Source of the DNA: Cenococcum geophilum | Lineage: Eukaryota | Direction: 5' to 3' | NCBI GenBank assembly: GCA_050273025.1 | Contig: CP158636.1 | Location: 9,300,001-9,364,000, forward strand | Length of the DNA: 64,000 nt | In this document: piece by piece, positions 1 to 11,699 of the stretch | Layout of the letters: every line of letters begins with the position of its first letter | Position numbering within the stretch: position 1 is the stretch's first letter | The notes under the pieces: generated by a model | What the model saw: only the letters and a program-made list of their open reading frames with translations | What the model was told of the DNA's origin: nothing | The model's database searches: none | Made by a program: the position numbers and the translations under genes

Positions 1-3000
1 TAACCTAACACCGTTACCTTTACTACTAGCTTATACGAAATTAATCGAATAATTAAGGAAAAGGAAAACGAGCTTAGTGGATAGGAAAGTAAGCTTATAG
101 ATAAGGAGCTAGTAGAATAGAAACTACCTTATTAGTATTAAAAGTTTAAAGATATATTCTTTAAGGCAGTATCTAATATACTTTTACCTTACTAATTATA
201 TAACCATAAGATCGAGATTAAGCCAGAGAAGGAAAATACCCTTAGCTATACCCCCCTCCGTAAACAATTAATTGCTAAACTATAGGCTACTAAGTAGTAC
301 CTTATTAATAACCTAGTAAAAGGGTTTATTAAGCCTAGCTAGGCCCCTTTTACCTCCTCTATTTTCTTTATAAAAAAGCTAAATAGAGGACTTTATTTCT
401 GTATTAACTACTATAAGCTTAATAATATAACCCGTAAAGACCATTATCCACTACCCCTACTTAATAAGACACTGGCCTAAATAAATAAAGTTAAGGTATA
501 TATAAAGCTTAATATCCGTTAGGCTTTCCACTAAATTAAAATAAACCCCAGATCTATAAATCTTACTATATTTTAGACTTAATACGGATTATATAAGTAT
601 AAAGTGCTTCCTTTTAGACTAATTAACGGACTGGCTACGTACAAACAATATATAAATAACGTACTCTTTAACTACTTTAATAACTTCTATATAGCCTATC
701 TAGATAATATTATAACTTACTCTAAGAATAAGTTGGAATATAAGGAGTATATTTATAAGGTCCTATAACAGCTCTATAAGACTAGCCTCTAGGCTAATAT
801 TAAGATGTTAGAATTTAGTGTAAAGCGTATAAAGTACCTAAGGTTTATTATTAGTATAGACGGAATTAAGGTAGACCTAGAAAAGACGGCCGTAATTAAT
901 TAGTGGGAACTGTTACGGACCGTAAAAGGGATATAGTTATTCTGAGGCTTCTATAACTTCTACCAACGCTTTATTAAGAACTATAGTAGGATTACTTAGC
1001 CCCTTAGCTGTCTAACTATAAAGGACCAGCCTTTTTACTTTAATACCGCATATAGGCAGGCTTTTAATAAGCTTAAGAAACGACTGGTCTTTACTCCCTT
1101 ACTTACCTACTATAACCCAAAACGGCCCTTAATGCTAGAAACTAATACCTTAGATAGTATTATTACTAGCGTTTATTCCTAGAAGCAAACGGATAAAGAA
1201 TGGTACCCTATTGCTTACTACTTAAAGACTATAGTAGATACTAAGCTAAACTACCCCATCTACAATAAAGAAATGTTGGCTATTATCTCTAGCTTTTAGC
1301 ACTGGCGAGTATAGCTAGAAGGGACCCCTAAACTTATTTAAGTAGTTTTAGATTATAAGGCCTTAGAATATTATATAATAATAAAAGCCCTTACGGCCTA
1401 GTAGGCGCGCTAGGCGGATATCCTATCTTAGTTTAACTTCCTAATTATATATAGGCTAGGCGCTATTAACTGTGTAGATGCACTTATAAGACGCAAATAG
1501 GACCTAAACGGATAGGTAGCCGTAAAGATCTTATTACGGAGCTAGATACCACTATAACTGAAGTACCTTAACCCTTAGATACGGGCAGAACTAAGTATAA
1601 AATCTTTAGAAGCTAAGATATGCCCTATTAACTCTACGGAACTTAACCTTATTAATAAACTACTATAGGTAAACCGTACGGCCCCTTCTTTATAAGAGTA
1701 CCGTAAAAAGGCGAAGGACACTACTAGCCTATAGTCCCTTGAAAATGGACTACTTAAGCATTAGGCACGGCTAGCAGTGGTAAAGGAATAGAATTTATAG
1801 ACTTAACTTATCGCTAAAGCATATACCTAGGTCTCTATAGCCTATCCTAAAAAAAATAAAACCCATAAAATTATTAGTGACCGTTACTACTAGCCCAGAA
1901 TAGTTATAGATATTAACTATTATATATAGAACTGCAGCAATTACTATAGGTTTATAATTCTACAAAATAAGACCCTAGGATTATTAAAACTCCTTCTAAT
2001 ATTAGAACGTCCTTAGTAGTATATCTCTATAAATTTCTATAAACTGCCTCTTAACCGTAATGGATACGATATAGTTATAATTTTAGTTAACCGCTTTAGT
2101 AAGCGCCCGTTCTTAATTCCCTATTATAAAAATATTAATACTAAAAAGGCGGCTTAACTATATATTCACTACGTCTATTAAATTTATAGACTACTAAATA
2201 CTATCGTCTTTAATTACGGGCCGTAGTTTATATTAGCCTTCTAAAATAAGTTTACCTAGATTTTAGGCATTAAGCTAAAGCTTTCTATGGTATATTACCC
2301 CTAAATAGACGGTTAGACGGAGATTATAAACTAATACCTAGATTAAAGGCTCTGGCCCTTTATTAACTACTTCTAAGATAACTAGGCTAAACTATTACCC
2401 TTTATAGACTATACCTAGGCGACCCTACCTTATAACTCTACTAGATTTGCCCCTATTTAACTAGAAATAGGCTACTTACCCTATACTAGCTTTAACTGGA
2501 AAAGACTAAAAGGACCCTAAACCGTATACAAAAGACTATTTTATAAAAAAGCCTAGTAGTACGCTAAGCGCTTAAAAGAAGCCTAGATAGTAGCCTATAC
2601 AAATCTAAAAAAGACCTAAAAATTAATAAAATAGCAGATAAATAAGTATAGGCGTAAGCCTAACTTTACCGTAGGTAATATGGTCTAGGTTATAATAAAG
2701 AACTAAAAGACGGAACGACCTAGCTATAAGCTAGACTGTTAAATAGCAGGACTATATAAGGTCCTTAATAAGAGGGGTAATTTATATAAGGTAAAGCTCC
2801 TAGATTTAATAAAGGTTTACCCTATTTTCTTACTGGATAAACTATAGAATGCTATGGATAACCTATTACCCAGATAAAAGAACAACCCCCCCCTGCCAAT
2901 TTAAGTTAATGGCGACGATAAATAGGAAATTAAAGAAATACTGGCCTATAAACTAGTAAGGAGAACGCTAAAATACCGCGTTAGTTAGAAAGGCTATAAC

Positions 3001-3482
3001 CTAGATCCTACCTAGTACCCTATATAGAACTTTATTAGTAGTCCCTATAAGCTTTAAGAATTTTATAGCCGTTACCCTAATAAATTAGGACCCCTAAAAT
3101 ACCTAGATAAGTAAATAGAGCGCTAGCATAGTAAAGACAATAGGCTACTAGAAGAATATAAGGATAAGAACACCTTATAGAAGTAATACGGATATATAAA
3201 GCCTAAGGGCAGGCTTTACTAAAGGGGGGGGGGTAATATTATGGCACTGGTAGAACTTGGCAGAACTTGGCAGAATTATGCAGTCCTCTATACTGGCAAG
3301 TTGCCACAGATTGCCGCATATTGCGGTCATGTGACGCGAAGATCTTATAAAACATCGAGCGGCGCTGCTCTTCTTCTCCTTTCCTTTCTCTAGCTTTAGA
3401 TCCTCGTTTATAGACTACCATTCGTACAGGCTTGCGCGTCCCTTTTGTCGTGCTCGTGCCTCGATTGACTGAGTCGCTAACA
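1..3482 (+). mobile_element. Ty3/Gypsy (chromovirus) LTR retrotransposon, RIP-inactivated, 5' part outside window
   Basis: De-RIP translation gives RT (VKKPNGGLRFCIDYRKLN ~370-420, AYLDD ~694-708), RNase H (ETDASDG ~1138), integrase (PWQHISMDF ~2010) and a chromodomain (EWEIEEIL..KYRVSWKGYD..PTWYP ~2920-3020), in Gypsy order. A polypurine tract AAAGGGGGGGGGG lies at 3221-3233, immediately before the LTR. Confidence 0.95.
3237..3482 (+). repeat. 3' LTR (246 bp) of the left Gypsy element
   Basis: Starts TATTA (RIP'd TGTTA) 3 nt after the PPT and ends TAACA, giving terminal inverted pentamers. The partner LTR is not in the window. Confidence 0.8.
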
Positions 3483-3949
3483 ATACTCTGTTATTCTATT
3501 AATTGGACTCCCAATTTATATCCTCACCTTATAGGTATAGAGGCCGATTTTATAAAGCTCCACTTTATTAATATAAGTACTATTTTAGTATTCCTAGCGT
3601 TAATTTCATAGGTAACGCCTCTATAATTAACCGCTAATAATTCCCTTAGCTAATAGCTTAAACCGTCTTAATAAAGCCTCTATCTGCGTCTTTTACGTAT
3701 AGCTATTAATATCCTCCTTATACTAGCTGTATCGGCTAAGTCCGAACGACTTTTTTTAAGCGTATATTATATAATATTATAGGAGCGTTTAAGGCTTAGA
3801 GTAACGGTAGTAGAATAAACGGAGTACTTAAAGAGCTAGATTCGTAAGGTAGTTAAATTAGGAGGCTTTATAACAGTAGATATAGCACTTAATATAGAGG
3901 CTATTATATAATTAATGTAATCGATTAGAATCAGAGTCGGTGATTATGA

Positions 3950-4803
3950 TTATTTGATTATTGCCATCGCTGGGTCTTCCCAAATCGCGCGGCAAAGAGC
4001 TTTTATCATCAACAGCAGTGACAACTATGCCCATGACAACAAACAACAAAGTCGGCCGGCTAAGACACGTAGATTCAGGGTCGTCTTGAGGGCAGGTGCA
4101 ATCTGCGTGAAATGTAGGCTCGTGTATAATATGGAAGTGCTGTTGTTCCTTATCAGAGTACGCTCCGGTTGAAAGAGAACCGTTAATGAAGCCTTACCGG
4201 AGAGAATACTTCCAAGAACACGTCTCTCAGCTCGTTGCACTGCCGAACGGGGGGCAAAGTGGCGATGAGCCGTTGGTTGTCTGCTTTGTAGACGAGCAAT
4301 AAGGAAAACGGCTCAGGTCATCGCTAGAAGATCTTTGAAATCTTTTACATATTCCGCTAGAGGTGATTCATCAAAAACTGAGCTCCACTGGGAAGCACCA
4401 GGGTGGTAGCGCACATGTCCAGTTTTAGAAACATGGAGTGTCCCAATCGGGCTGAAGGACTCAGGGATGATAACGTGGGAACCGTGGTAGACTCGCTGGA
4501 ATGAGACTGGTAACGACGAGCATTCGTTCCCAAAGTCATTGGCGTAAGGCAACCTTGAGGGGCAGCGGCGTGGGAAGAGAGGCCATCGTTACGTCCACGG
4601 AGCATATCTTCCAGTGTCTGAATTCGCGCTAATAGCTCGTCGTTGCTGACCTGAGTTGTATTTTGCTCGGGTAAAGTCTGAGCAGATCGCCTCAAATAAA
4701 CACGCCGGACACAAGTCTCACAAGGGCCTGGAGGGGGGTTGCGAGTACGGCCTGTTTTCCCCGACTGACAGGGCTCATAGTTGATAGGTATTCGGCGCTT
4801 CAT
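3950..4803 (-). pseudogene. Fungal Zn(II)2Cys6 transcription factor pseudogene (degenerate, frameshifted, 3'-truncated)
   Basis: N-terminus MKRRIPINYEPCQSGKTGRTRNPPPGPCETCVRR is a binuclear cluster missing several Cys. Further family-like blocks lie in other frames: GTLHVSKTGHVRYHPGASQWSSVF, LIATLPPVRQCNELRDVFLEVFSP, a GT..AG intron at 4140-4197, then HFHIIHEPTF..LLFVVMGIVVTAVDD..RDLGR. Homology stops at the RIP'd block near 3.9 kb. Confidence 0.8.
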
Positions 4804-5527
4804 CGAGAAGGGTATGCTGAGGGAATTGGGGTAAATAAAAGATGAGAGAAAGAAAGCCGCTGGTTCCTGAAAAGGGCAGATCTCGACTGCCCGTCAGTTC
4901 CCACTAGGCACGCTTTGGTATTGGAGTTTGCATCATGCTAATGATCAACGCGAGGTGAAAATAGTCAACGTGATCAAGGCTGATGCACCCCAAGGAACGA
5001 CAGTCTGGTTCCAATCATACTCAGACTGGTACAGCAATAAGTTGTGTAGGTTGTGGCGGTGCAGCGGTCGGTGCGAAGCGTACAACCAAGCCGCACGGAC
5101 CTCGGGAGGGATTTCAGCCTTAACCTTTCGAGGAATCTAGCTTTGCGATTATCGCGTGCCCTGGGGTTACCATATCCATGTCACGCAAGCTTTAAACATT
5201 AACTTTCTTCGAATCATTGAGAGATGGCCTTCACCCCACAAAGCAATTTAGCAGACGCCGAAGTAGATCAAATACCTCCCAGCGCCGATGCTGTCTCTGG
5301 AACACCATTCCTTGTCAAAGTTTCAGCCGTACTTCACTCCGGTTTGTGGTGGCCTTGTGGTGGCCGTGTTAGACAAGGCAGACACGAAGCCTTGCGAGTG
5401 AAGCTTCCGAAACCCCACTTTCCTACCTTACTGCTACCTCACTGCCTGCCTGAACCCACCGCATATCTTCGCTGTTATTCGACTCTTGACATCGGTGTCG
5501 CATTTTTCAAAAATTATACCGCAACAA

Positions 5528-6499
5528 ATGGCATCCATGGCCCCGCCAGCAGAAGTCGAACCCAACATGACCCAGCCAGCAGATGCTACCCTCTTGGGTA
5601 TTCCCCTCGAACTGCGCCATAGAATCTTCGGCTACCTGTCCGAACGCGATGAAGGCCCAGCCAACCTTCTCAAGAATTGGTTTGAGAAGAAGGAGATTGC
5701 ACAGCTTACCGCCCAACATGCAGCTAGCATTGCTGCAGCGACCGCGGCTATTCAAGTTGACAATGAAGAAGATGCGGATAAAGAGGGTGAGGATGAAGGC
5801 GAAAGTGAAGACGAGGATGTAGATATAGACCAAGAAGAGGATGCTGGTAATGGCAATACTACGAACATCATCAATACTACCACAACTAGTAGAACCGCTC
5901 CACCACCACCCGTCGTCTCCCACAAGTGGCGCCACATCCCGAGCATCTTCTCATTGACTCATTGTCCACCACCCATGTCTCTGCTCCAAGTGTGCAGGCA
6001 GCTCCATGCTGAAGCCATAGCATACTACTACGACTGTGTGACTCTCCGCATCGATGTCACTGCCGGCTTCGAACATGTTACATTTTTTGAAGAGATTATG
6101 GACCAGCTTGCCGACTCGGCCTTCTCGCCCACAGAGCCAATCAGGAAATTCGAGCTTATCTTCACATGGGACACCGAATGGCTGCGGGCGAGTGAAGCTA
6201 TTGAGTCCATTTTCCAAGCCATGCTATGTCAGCGCGCACAGAAGACTGAGGAAGTACTGAAGAAGGCACCAAGATTGAACAAGGTGCACGTTCGGTGGTA
6301 TGACTCTCTACGTGATCAAGAGAGCCTGGGGCTGCAGATGAACACACTGCAGGGCTTCTGGAATTTGCTCGGCCAAGCAAATGTGGACATAGAGGAACAT
6401 TTTCTGGAGTCAGGAACGGAGCCGGAGGAGAACACCATACATGGGCAGCGAAGAGTGCAATTCGAACACATCCTGGCGCACGGGCAAGCTTTCTATTAA
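5528..6499 (+). CDS. Hypothetical protein with N-terminal F-box-like motif and acidic linker (~323 aa)
   Basis: Uninterrupted ORF of normal GC content, first ATG at 5528. LLGIPLELRHRIFGYL resembles an F-box start, followed by a D/E-rich tract and SLLQVCRQLHAEAIAYYY, a block typical of fungal F-box-like proteins. Confidence 0.8.
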   Translation: MASMAPPAEVEPNMTQPADATLLGIPLELRHRIFGYLSERDEGPANLLKNWFEKKEIAQLTAQHAASIAAATAAIQVDNEEDADKEGEDEGESEDEDVDIDQEEDAGNGNTTNIINTTTTSRTAPPPPVVSHKWRHIPSIFSLTHCPPPMSLLQVCRQLHAEAIAYYYDCVTLRIDVTAGFEHVTFFEEIMDQLADSAFSPTEPIRKFELIFTWDTEWLRASEAIESIFQAMLCQRAQKTEEVLKKAPRLNKVHVRWYDSLRDQESLGLQMNTLQGFWNLLGQANVDIEEHFLESGTEPEENTIHGQRRVQFEHILAHGQAFY

Positions 6500-6790
6500 T
6501 TCCAAACAGTCTGGGATAGCAGGCTCTATTTCTGGGTGTCCTTCTGGAGTACAGGTGAGCTTTCAACAAATTATCAGTGAAGAAATGCACCTACCGTTGG
6601 AAAGTCGCAGGGTTCTTTCAAGGTATCCTCAAGCACTTTCAGACATGGAAGTTAATACAATTGATGAGTTTAAACATAGAAACGGCCGAGAGACACTTAT
6701 GGAGTTCTCTTGTCTTTTTTTCTTGAATGAAACTACTCTATTCACCTTCTGTCTCGTTGCATCATTCGCTTGTCATTGTGTCGTAAACTG

Positions 6791-7320
6791 CTACACAACC
6801 CGTTCCATAGCAAGCCCTATCCGTCGGTGCCACCGCATCCTGCGCTCTTCTGTATCTGCTGAATCCGCGGGTATTAAATTAGAATCTCCATTTGCTACGA
6901 AGCCTTCCGCTAGCGTTACTCTCCCCGCGTCGGTAAACCCCATGCCCTTATATAGACCGACGACGAGCTTGTTGTCTGGGTGTACGAAGAATCTAAACCT
7001 AGCATTCACAGCATCTCCTTGGGTTTTCGAGTACTCTCCCAAAATATAGCGCTATTGATTAATTCCTCCACCATCCCCCCCCCCCCGCGACGCGAAGGAC
7101 CTGTGTACAGTGCGACCACCTGCCACCTTATCCCTTCCCCAGGGACGACGGCACAGGCTAGCTGCTCTCTAGGAGGTGGAAATCAGAAAAAGTAAAAGGT
7201 CCGCGCAGAGTCACTATGCCGACCCATTCACCCTTTCTCTACGGAAGGGGGCGCTCAGCCGAGCGGTCAATACCAGGTCGAGATTTGCGGGCTCCGCCAC
7301 TCGGCATGGGCGATAAAATT
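6791..7320 (-). pseudogene. GNAT-family acetyltransferase pseudogene
   Basis: Pieces GEWVGIVTLRGPFTFSDFHLLESS*P, RWQVVALYTGPSRRGGGG (motif A region, broken at a poly-G run ~7075-7086) and RFFVHPDNKLVVGLYKGMGF (motif B) fall in shifted frames, with an in-frame stop. The 5' end is uncertain. Confidence 0.7.
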
Positions 7321-7406
7321 GGTAAGCGGGGCCCCCATCCGATGGTGAACTCCAGGGACTGATATAGCGGGCTTGGTCACGAAGCCTTAGCCTTATTCAG
7401 TGCTTA

Positions 7407-7547
7407 TCCCTTCCCACGCTGGCGTCCACAGCTTGGCGCCAAGCTAATGAACATTAGTATCAACGCCAAGCTCTTAGGCGAACGAGAGTCTATGATTGGC
7501 CAAACCCTTATTCGATATGCGTGGACGCAAACCAGCGTAGGAAGGGA
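7407..7547. mobile_element. MITE-like element, 16-bp TIRs, TA target-site duplication
   Basis: Left TCCCTTCCCACGCTGG (7407-7422) vs right CCAGCGTAGGAAGGGA (7532-7547), one mismatch. Inner CGTCCAC/GTGGACG also pair. TA at 7405-7406 and 7548-7549. Confidence 0.7.
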
Positions 7548-7982
7548 TAGAGTTCATAAGCACCATCCAACGCTATTATAGGGATCCACAGACGGATATC
7601 TAGGAATTTAGAGATTCTTGTATCTAAAATAAAATCTCTAAAATTAAACAGAAACAAAGGTTGCGTAAGTGTCATTGAAGTTTTGTAGGAATATGCATGT
7701 TACCAAACTGTCACTGAGCAGGATGGTTTATGATACGCCTCAACATGTGGCAAGTGTGGCGGGTGTAGGTCCTTTAGACCTATCCAACTGACCGACTGCT
7801 GACCGGAGGCCGAGCTGCGCGGAACCATCCGTCGTGCCCCGGGCAGAATTTAGAAAGCTTGACTAGGGCTTGCTACGCCTCGGAGTAGGAATCTTGGTTA
7901 ACTTGAACTAAGTGCTAATTTTACGTTTCAAAGATTTAAGCTTATCCTCTCCTCTTAGTTTCTTTACCACCCATGCAGTGAG

Positions 7983-8065
7983 CTTCCCAAGCTGGCGTCC
8001 ACAGCTTGGCGCCAAGCCCATCAGCATCAGAGCCAAGCCTTCAGTTGAGCCAGCGTGGGAAGGGA
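7983..8065. mobile_element. Second, shorter copy of the same MITE family
   Basis: Shares CTTCCCA.GCTGGCGTCCACAGCTTGGCGCCAAGC with the first copy and ends with CCAGCGTGGGAAGGGA (8050-8065). Confidence 0.6.
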
Positions 8066-8199
8066 TGGAGTCAGCAGCCAAGAACACGATAAACGATACA
8101 CTAAGCGTATTATTATGAAGAATATCTATTCTAGGAACCACCAGATTCGAATAATCTTAATAAACCCCAGGAGAAAATGACGTTGCTTCTAGCAATGAC

Positions 8200-8206
8200 T
8201 ATATAA
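8200..8206 (+). promoter_or_regulatory. Putative TATA box of the secreted-protein gene
   Basis: TATATAA ~180 bp upstream of ATG 8384, followed by a CT-rich leader and CAAAATG start context. Confidence 0.5.
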
Positions 8207-8383
8207 GACCTCATACTCACCAGACTTAGAGAACCATCTCCTAGCATCTCACTACAAAACCACAAAACCTCAATCACTCTTTCTCTTTTATTTATTTGTT
8301 GTCTTTGTTGTTTATTTCCTAACTTCCCTTCTCTCCAATCGCTAATTCAAAAACTCCACCTAATTCCCACCATAATCCTCAAA

Positions 8384-9133
8384 ATGCAATACTCCACCTT
8401 CCTCCTCTCCGCCCTCTCCGCCGTCGGCGCGCTCGCCATCCCCACTGGCTCCCGATCCAACGACACATCCGTCAGAATCACCCTCGCGGGCGCCTCCGAA
8501 CTTGCCACCCAGACCGCCTTCCAGAAAGTCCAGTTCGGCCAGCGAGAAGTCCAAGCCCCCGTCGGCTCCTCTGGGCCCTTCCAGACCGTCGAACTTTCCC
8601 TCGGCAAGGGTGTCCAGATGCAAAATCTACGCTGCCAGATTCTCGATGAAGAGGACAAGCCTATCGTCTTGCTGCGCGACCTAAATGTTGATATCACGTT
8701 CGCGGATGCCGACAAAGGCGCGTGGAAATTCAGACAAGAGAGCGTCGTCAGCGCCATCATCTGCGACCCTACTTTTGCGGCCATCGGCGCCGATGCCAAC
8801 GACATCGTTGTCATGCTGAGCGGCCCGGATGAGCTCGCAACGCAGACTCCGTTCCTGCTCGGCGGGGCGAAGCGCGAAGTCCAGCCTCCAGTCGCCTCAT
8901 CCGGCCCGTACGACACCATCGAGCTCAAGGTCGGCGCTTTGATCGAGAACCAGGATCTCAGGTGCCAGCTTCTCGATGCGCGGGGTAACTCGATTGTAGC
9001 CAAGAGGAACCAGAATATCGATACCACGTTCTCGGATGCTGGGAAGGGTGCTTGGACTTTCTTGGACCCGGTTGAGAGCGAGGTGTTTGCGATTGTTTGC
9101 GACCCTGCCTTCAAGGCGGCTCCGGCCGCTTAA
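8384..9133 (+). CDS. Secreted protein with two tandem ~110-aa domains (249 aa), candidate effector or cell-surface protein
   Basis: Intronless ORF with strong C-ending codon bias and a hydrophobic signal peptide (MQYSTFLLSALSAVGALA|IP). An internal duplication ELATQT..REVQ.PV.SSGP..T.EL..G....Q.LRCQ.LD....IV..R..N.D.TF.DA.KGAW.F....AI.CDP.F carries two Cys per repeat. Confidence 0.92.
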   Translation: MQYSTFLLSALSAVGALAIPTGSRSNDTSVRITLAGASELATQTAFQKVQFGQREVQAPVGSSGPFQTVELSLGKGVQMQNLRCQILDEEDKPIVLLRDLNVDITFADADKGAWKFRQESVVSAIICDPTFAAIGADANDIVVMLSGPDELATQTPFLLGGAKREVQPPVASSGPYDTIELKVGALIENQDLRCQLLDARGNSIVAKRNQNIDTTFSDAGKGAWTFLDPVESEVFAIVCDPAFKAAPAA

Positions 9134-9699
9134 GTGATTGGTCTTGTCGAATGGATGGACTGAACTGGAATAAATGGGGTAGGAGGTGGGCATTTGGTTG
9201 GGTTGTATTGCATAGCGACGGTTTGGTGCATTTTCTGCCGGCGTTTTTAACTTTTGTTTAATATTTGCTTGGTTTAATATCTGCTTGGTTTATATAGAAA
9301 GAAATGGGATCACTCGTTCTCTCCGATGCTCTTAGTTCGTGAGCGCTTTTGGAACGCCATTGCCGCGTAAGAGACCCGAATTAATCTTTGGAGATAGTTC
9401 TCCGTTCAAACTCTCAAGCGTCCCGATCCAGACAGCTTGATTGAATCCTACGGGTGTGTTGGATCATCTAGATTCAAATGAAGTCCGCGGCAAGGATGGG
9501 TAGTGTAAGCTTTTGCAGTGTGTGGGTATTGAACGAGCGACTTGATTGCAAATCTATGGAGATCAAGTGGTATATATACATGAAATGGTGGCAGGAAGAC
9601 TGCGCTTACAGTCGGCAATAGGTAATGGAAATAGGTAGTGAGACACATAATGTAAGACATATGAGTAAGAAACGGGTGGTGAGTTATCTCAGTAAGCGA

Positions 9700-9831
9700 C
9701 TCAGCCGGCAAGGGCAGAACTTAAGGCGCACTCACTAATACTAAAGTGTCACTAGTCTCCGCCTAAATAAACGCCACTTTCTTTTAACCAATCAGCTATC
9801 TACCAACCTTAAGTTTACCCTGCCGTCTGAG
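9700..9831. repeat. Imperfect ~26-bp inverted repeat (possible MITE) at the GC/AT boundary
   Basis: CTCAGCCGGCAAGGGCAGAACTTAAGG (9700-9726) vs CCTTAAGTTTACCCTGCCGTCTGAG (9807-9831). No clear TSD. Confidence 0.45.
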
Positions 9832-10314
9832 GGCCTTTGGTGCGGAACTCTATGGCGCTTAACTTTAATTTTCGCAATTTTGTATGAGAGACACTCTCTC
9901 CTGTATATTTAACTCCCTAATAATACCTATTTAACCTAATAAGCTAATAAGTCGAGTTAGACTAGTCTCCTCTATAATTGATTACTTTTTTATAATAGGA
10001 ATCTATTGGTAGGGGGGCAGTCTCTTTGAGCTTGGCGACGTGCACGTGACAGTGCATAGGCCACCTTGAAGGCGATCGAGCTCTTATTGACCCGAGGTAC
10101 AAGTGGTCTATATATTTGGGTTAGGGGTCCTAGAATTCAAACTCCCGCCAAGCCAGCTTTTAATTGGCCGAGCCTCGGCTAATTAGCTGGAAAAATATTA
10201 CGCGCGGTAAGCTATGGCAGAATCCACGTGATGAATAATAAAATATTATAAACGTCAAAATATCTCTACCTTTTTGTTAACACCTCTATTAATACCACTA
10301 TATATATTATAAAT

Positions 10315-11211
10315 ATAGCAGATCCTATAGTAATTAAGTATAACAAGTGCTATATCCATAAGCCCCGCCTTAACTTTATTAAAGACGGCCCTTTAAAAAA
10401 GCTTTTAAAGTTATGCTAGTTATATTAGTTAAAGGCGCGTCTTCCCTATATATTACTTCTACTTCTACTTACTTTTCTAGGCCTCTAAATACATTTTAAA
10501 TAAGCGGAGAGCTCTTATAGAGTTAGGTTCTACTACTAAGAATTGTCCTATAAGGCGCTGGTAAATAGCTTTACCTAAAAACGATACTAAGAATATCTTC
10601 CCACCTTGCGGCTAGAACAGTTAAGATACCCCTAAAATAGCTTAATGGCGGAAGACAATTAGGGCAATATAACGGGAGCACCGCATTCTTAATTGGCGGG
10701 GTAAAGCTTACTTGCCTACTCCTCCGCTATATACCATAGATAAAGCTCCATATAGTAGAAGAGGCATTCCAAATAGCCTAAATGCGTCCTTGCTGGAACT
10801 AGCTCCTATACCTACTCTACTGCTAATACCTACCCTACTGCTAATACCACCTTCCTTATAGCAAGCTCCCTTATAGTAAGCTCCCTCGCGGCAAGCTCCC
10901 TTATGGTAAGCTCCCTTACGGTAAGCTCCCTCTTAGCAAGCTCCCTTTTAGTAAGCTCCCTCTTAGCAAGCTCCCTCTTAGTAAGCTCCGACTATGGCCC
11001 TACTACCTATTTTAGCTGTTAATTAGGAGCGAATTAAGAAGTTTAGGAGTATACTATAGGCTAAATATATAAAGACGTGCAGTTATTATAAGGAGTAGTG
11101 GTTCTAAATAGGCCTAGCTATAGAGAGTAATAATATAAGTATATATAAAGCCTGCATTAAGGATGCCGATAGTCTTAAGAATTTAACCCTTTTTTTTTTT
11201 TTTTAGTAAAA
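10315..11211 (+). pseudogene. Helitron Rep-helicase ORF, segment 1 (N-terminal Cys-rich region)
   Basis: De-RIP: MADPMVIKCNKCHIHKPR..CQSC, QAPS repeats, then EHMETCSRCKEQWFQMGL...VCKACIKDADSLK...FSK, which joins in frame to SNGLDPGPIP at 44837. Confidence 0.8.
10861..10989 (+). repeat. 15-bp tandem repeat x~8.6 (GYAAGCTCCCTYWYR), coding (Q/R)QAPS units inside the Helitron ORF
   Basis: Directly visible period-15 array. Confidence 0.9.
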
Positions 11212-11699
11212 AATAAGATGGAGACCACGTATTAGGAAATGGAGGTTCCTTTACAGGCAAGGCGCGCTTGCTTTTCTACCCCAGTTTGGCTAAGACCTAA
11301 CCTCAACCTCAACCATAAAAGGCCTTCTCCCTCGCTGCTTTTGCCCTTATGCTTTATCTCCTCTTTTCTTTCCTACTACCGTGCCACCTTAGACTCTAGC
11401 TATTAGCCGTAAGGCATTTTCTATCCCCTTAGCGTCTATATAGGTGCTCTACCTACCTTTCCTAATCTCCGTATATTTTATACTAATGATTACCTAGCGC
11501 TATAACTCTTTAGCTCTTTCTATAGGACACATTTATACTCTCTTCTAGTGTTAACGTATGCTTTAGTCCTACCGTATTTCTCCTTTCTTCTCTCCTCTCT
11601 CCTCTCCTCCCTACGTCCCCTACTAATTAGTGCACCGAAATAATATTTCTGTTTATCCTCTTCTTTACATCCGCCTCTAGTAGTGTCTTAGACGTAACT

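Noticed and set aside
3483..3915. Identity of the RIP'd block right of the first LTR
   Set aside because: Clearly RIP-like, but no frame gave a recognisable TE or gene motif, so no call is made.
6441..7049. 202-aa plus-strand ORF
   Set aside because: It spans the 3' UTR of the F-box-like gene and the antisense of the GNAT remnant, with no recognisable protein features.
8347..9193. Minus-strand ORFs of 255, 87 and 98 aa
   Set aside because: Antisense shadows of the codon-biased secreted-protein gene.
10025..10160. tRNA gene
   Set aside because: Only acceptor-like pairing and a T-loop-like motif; I could not form D and anticodon arms. Kept only as a weak note.
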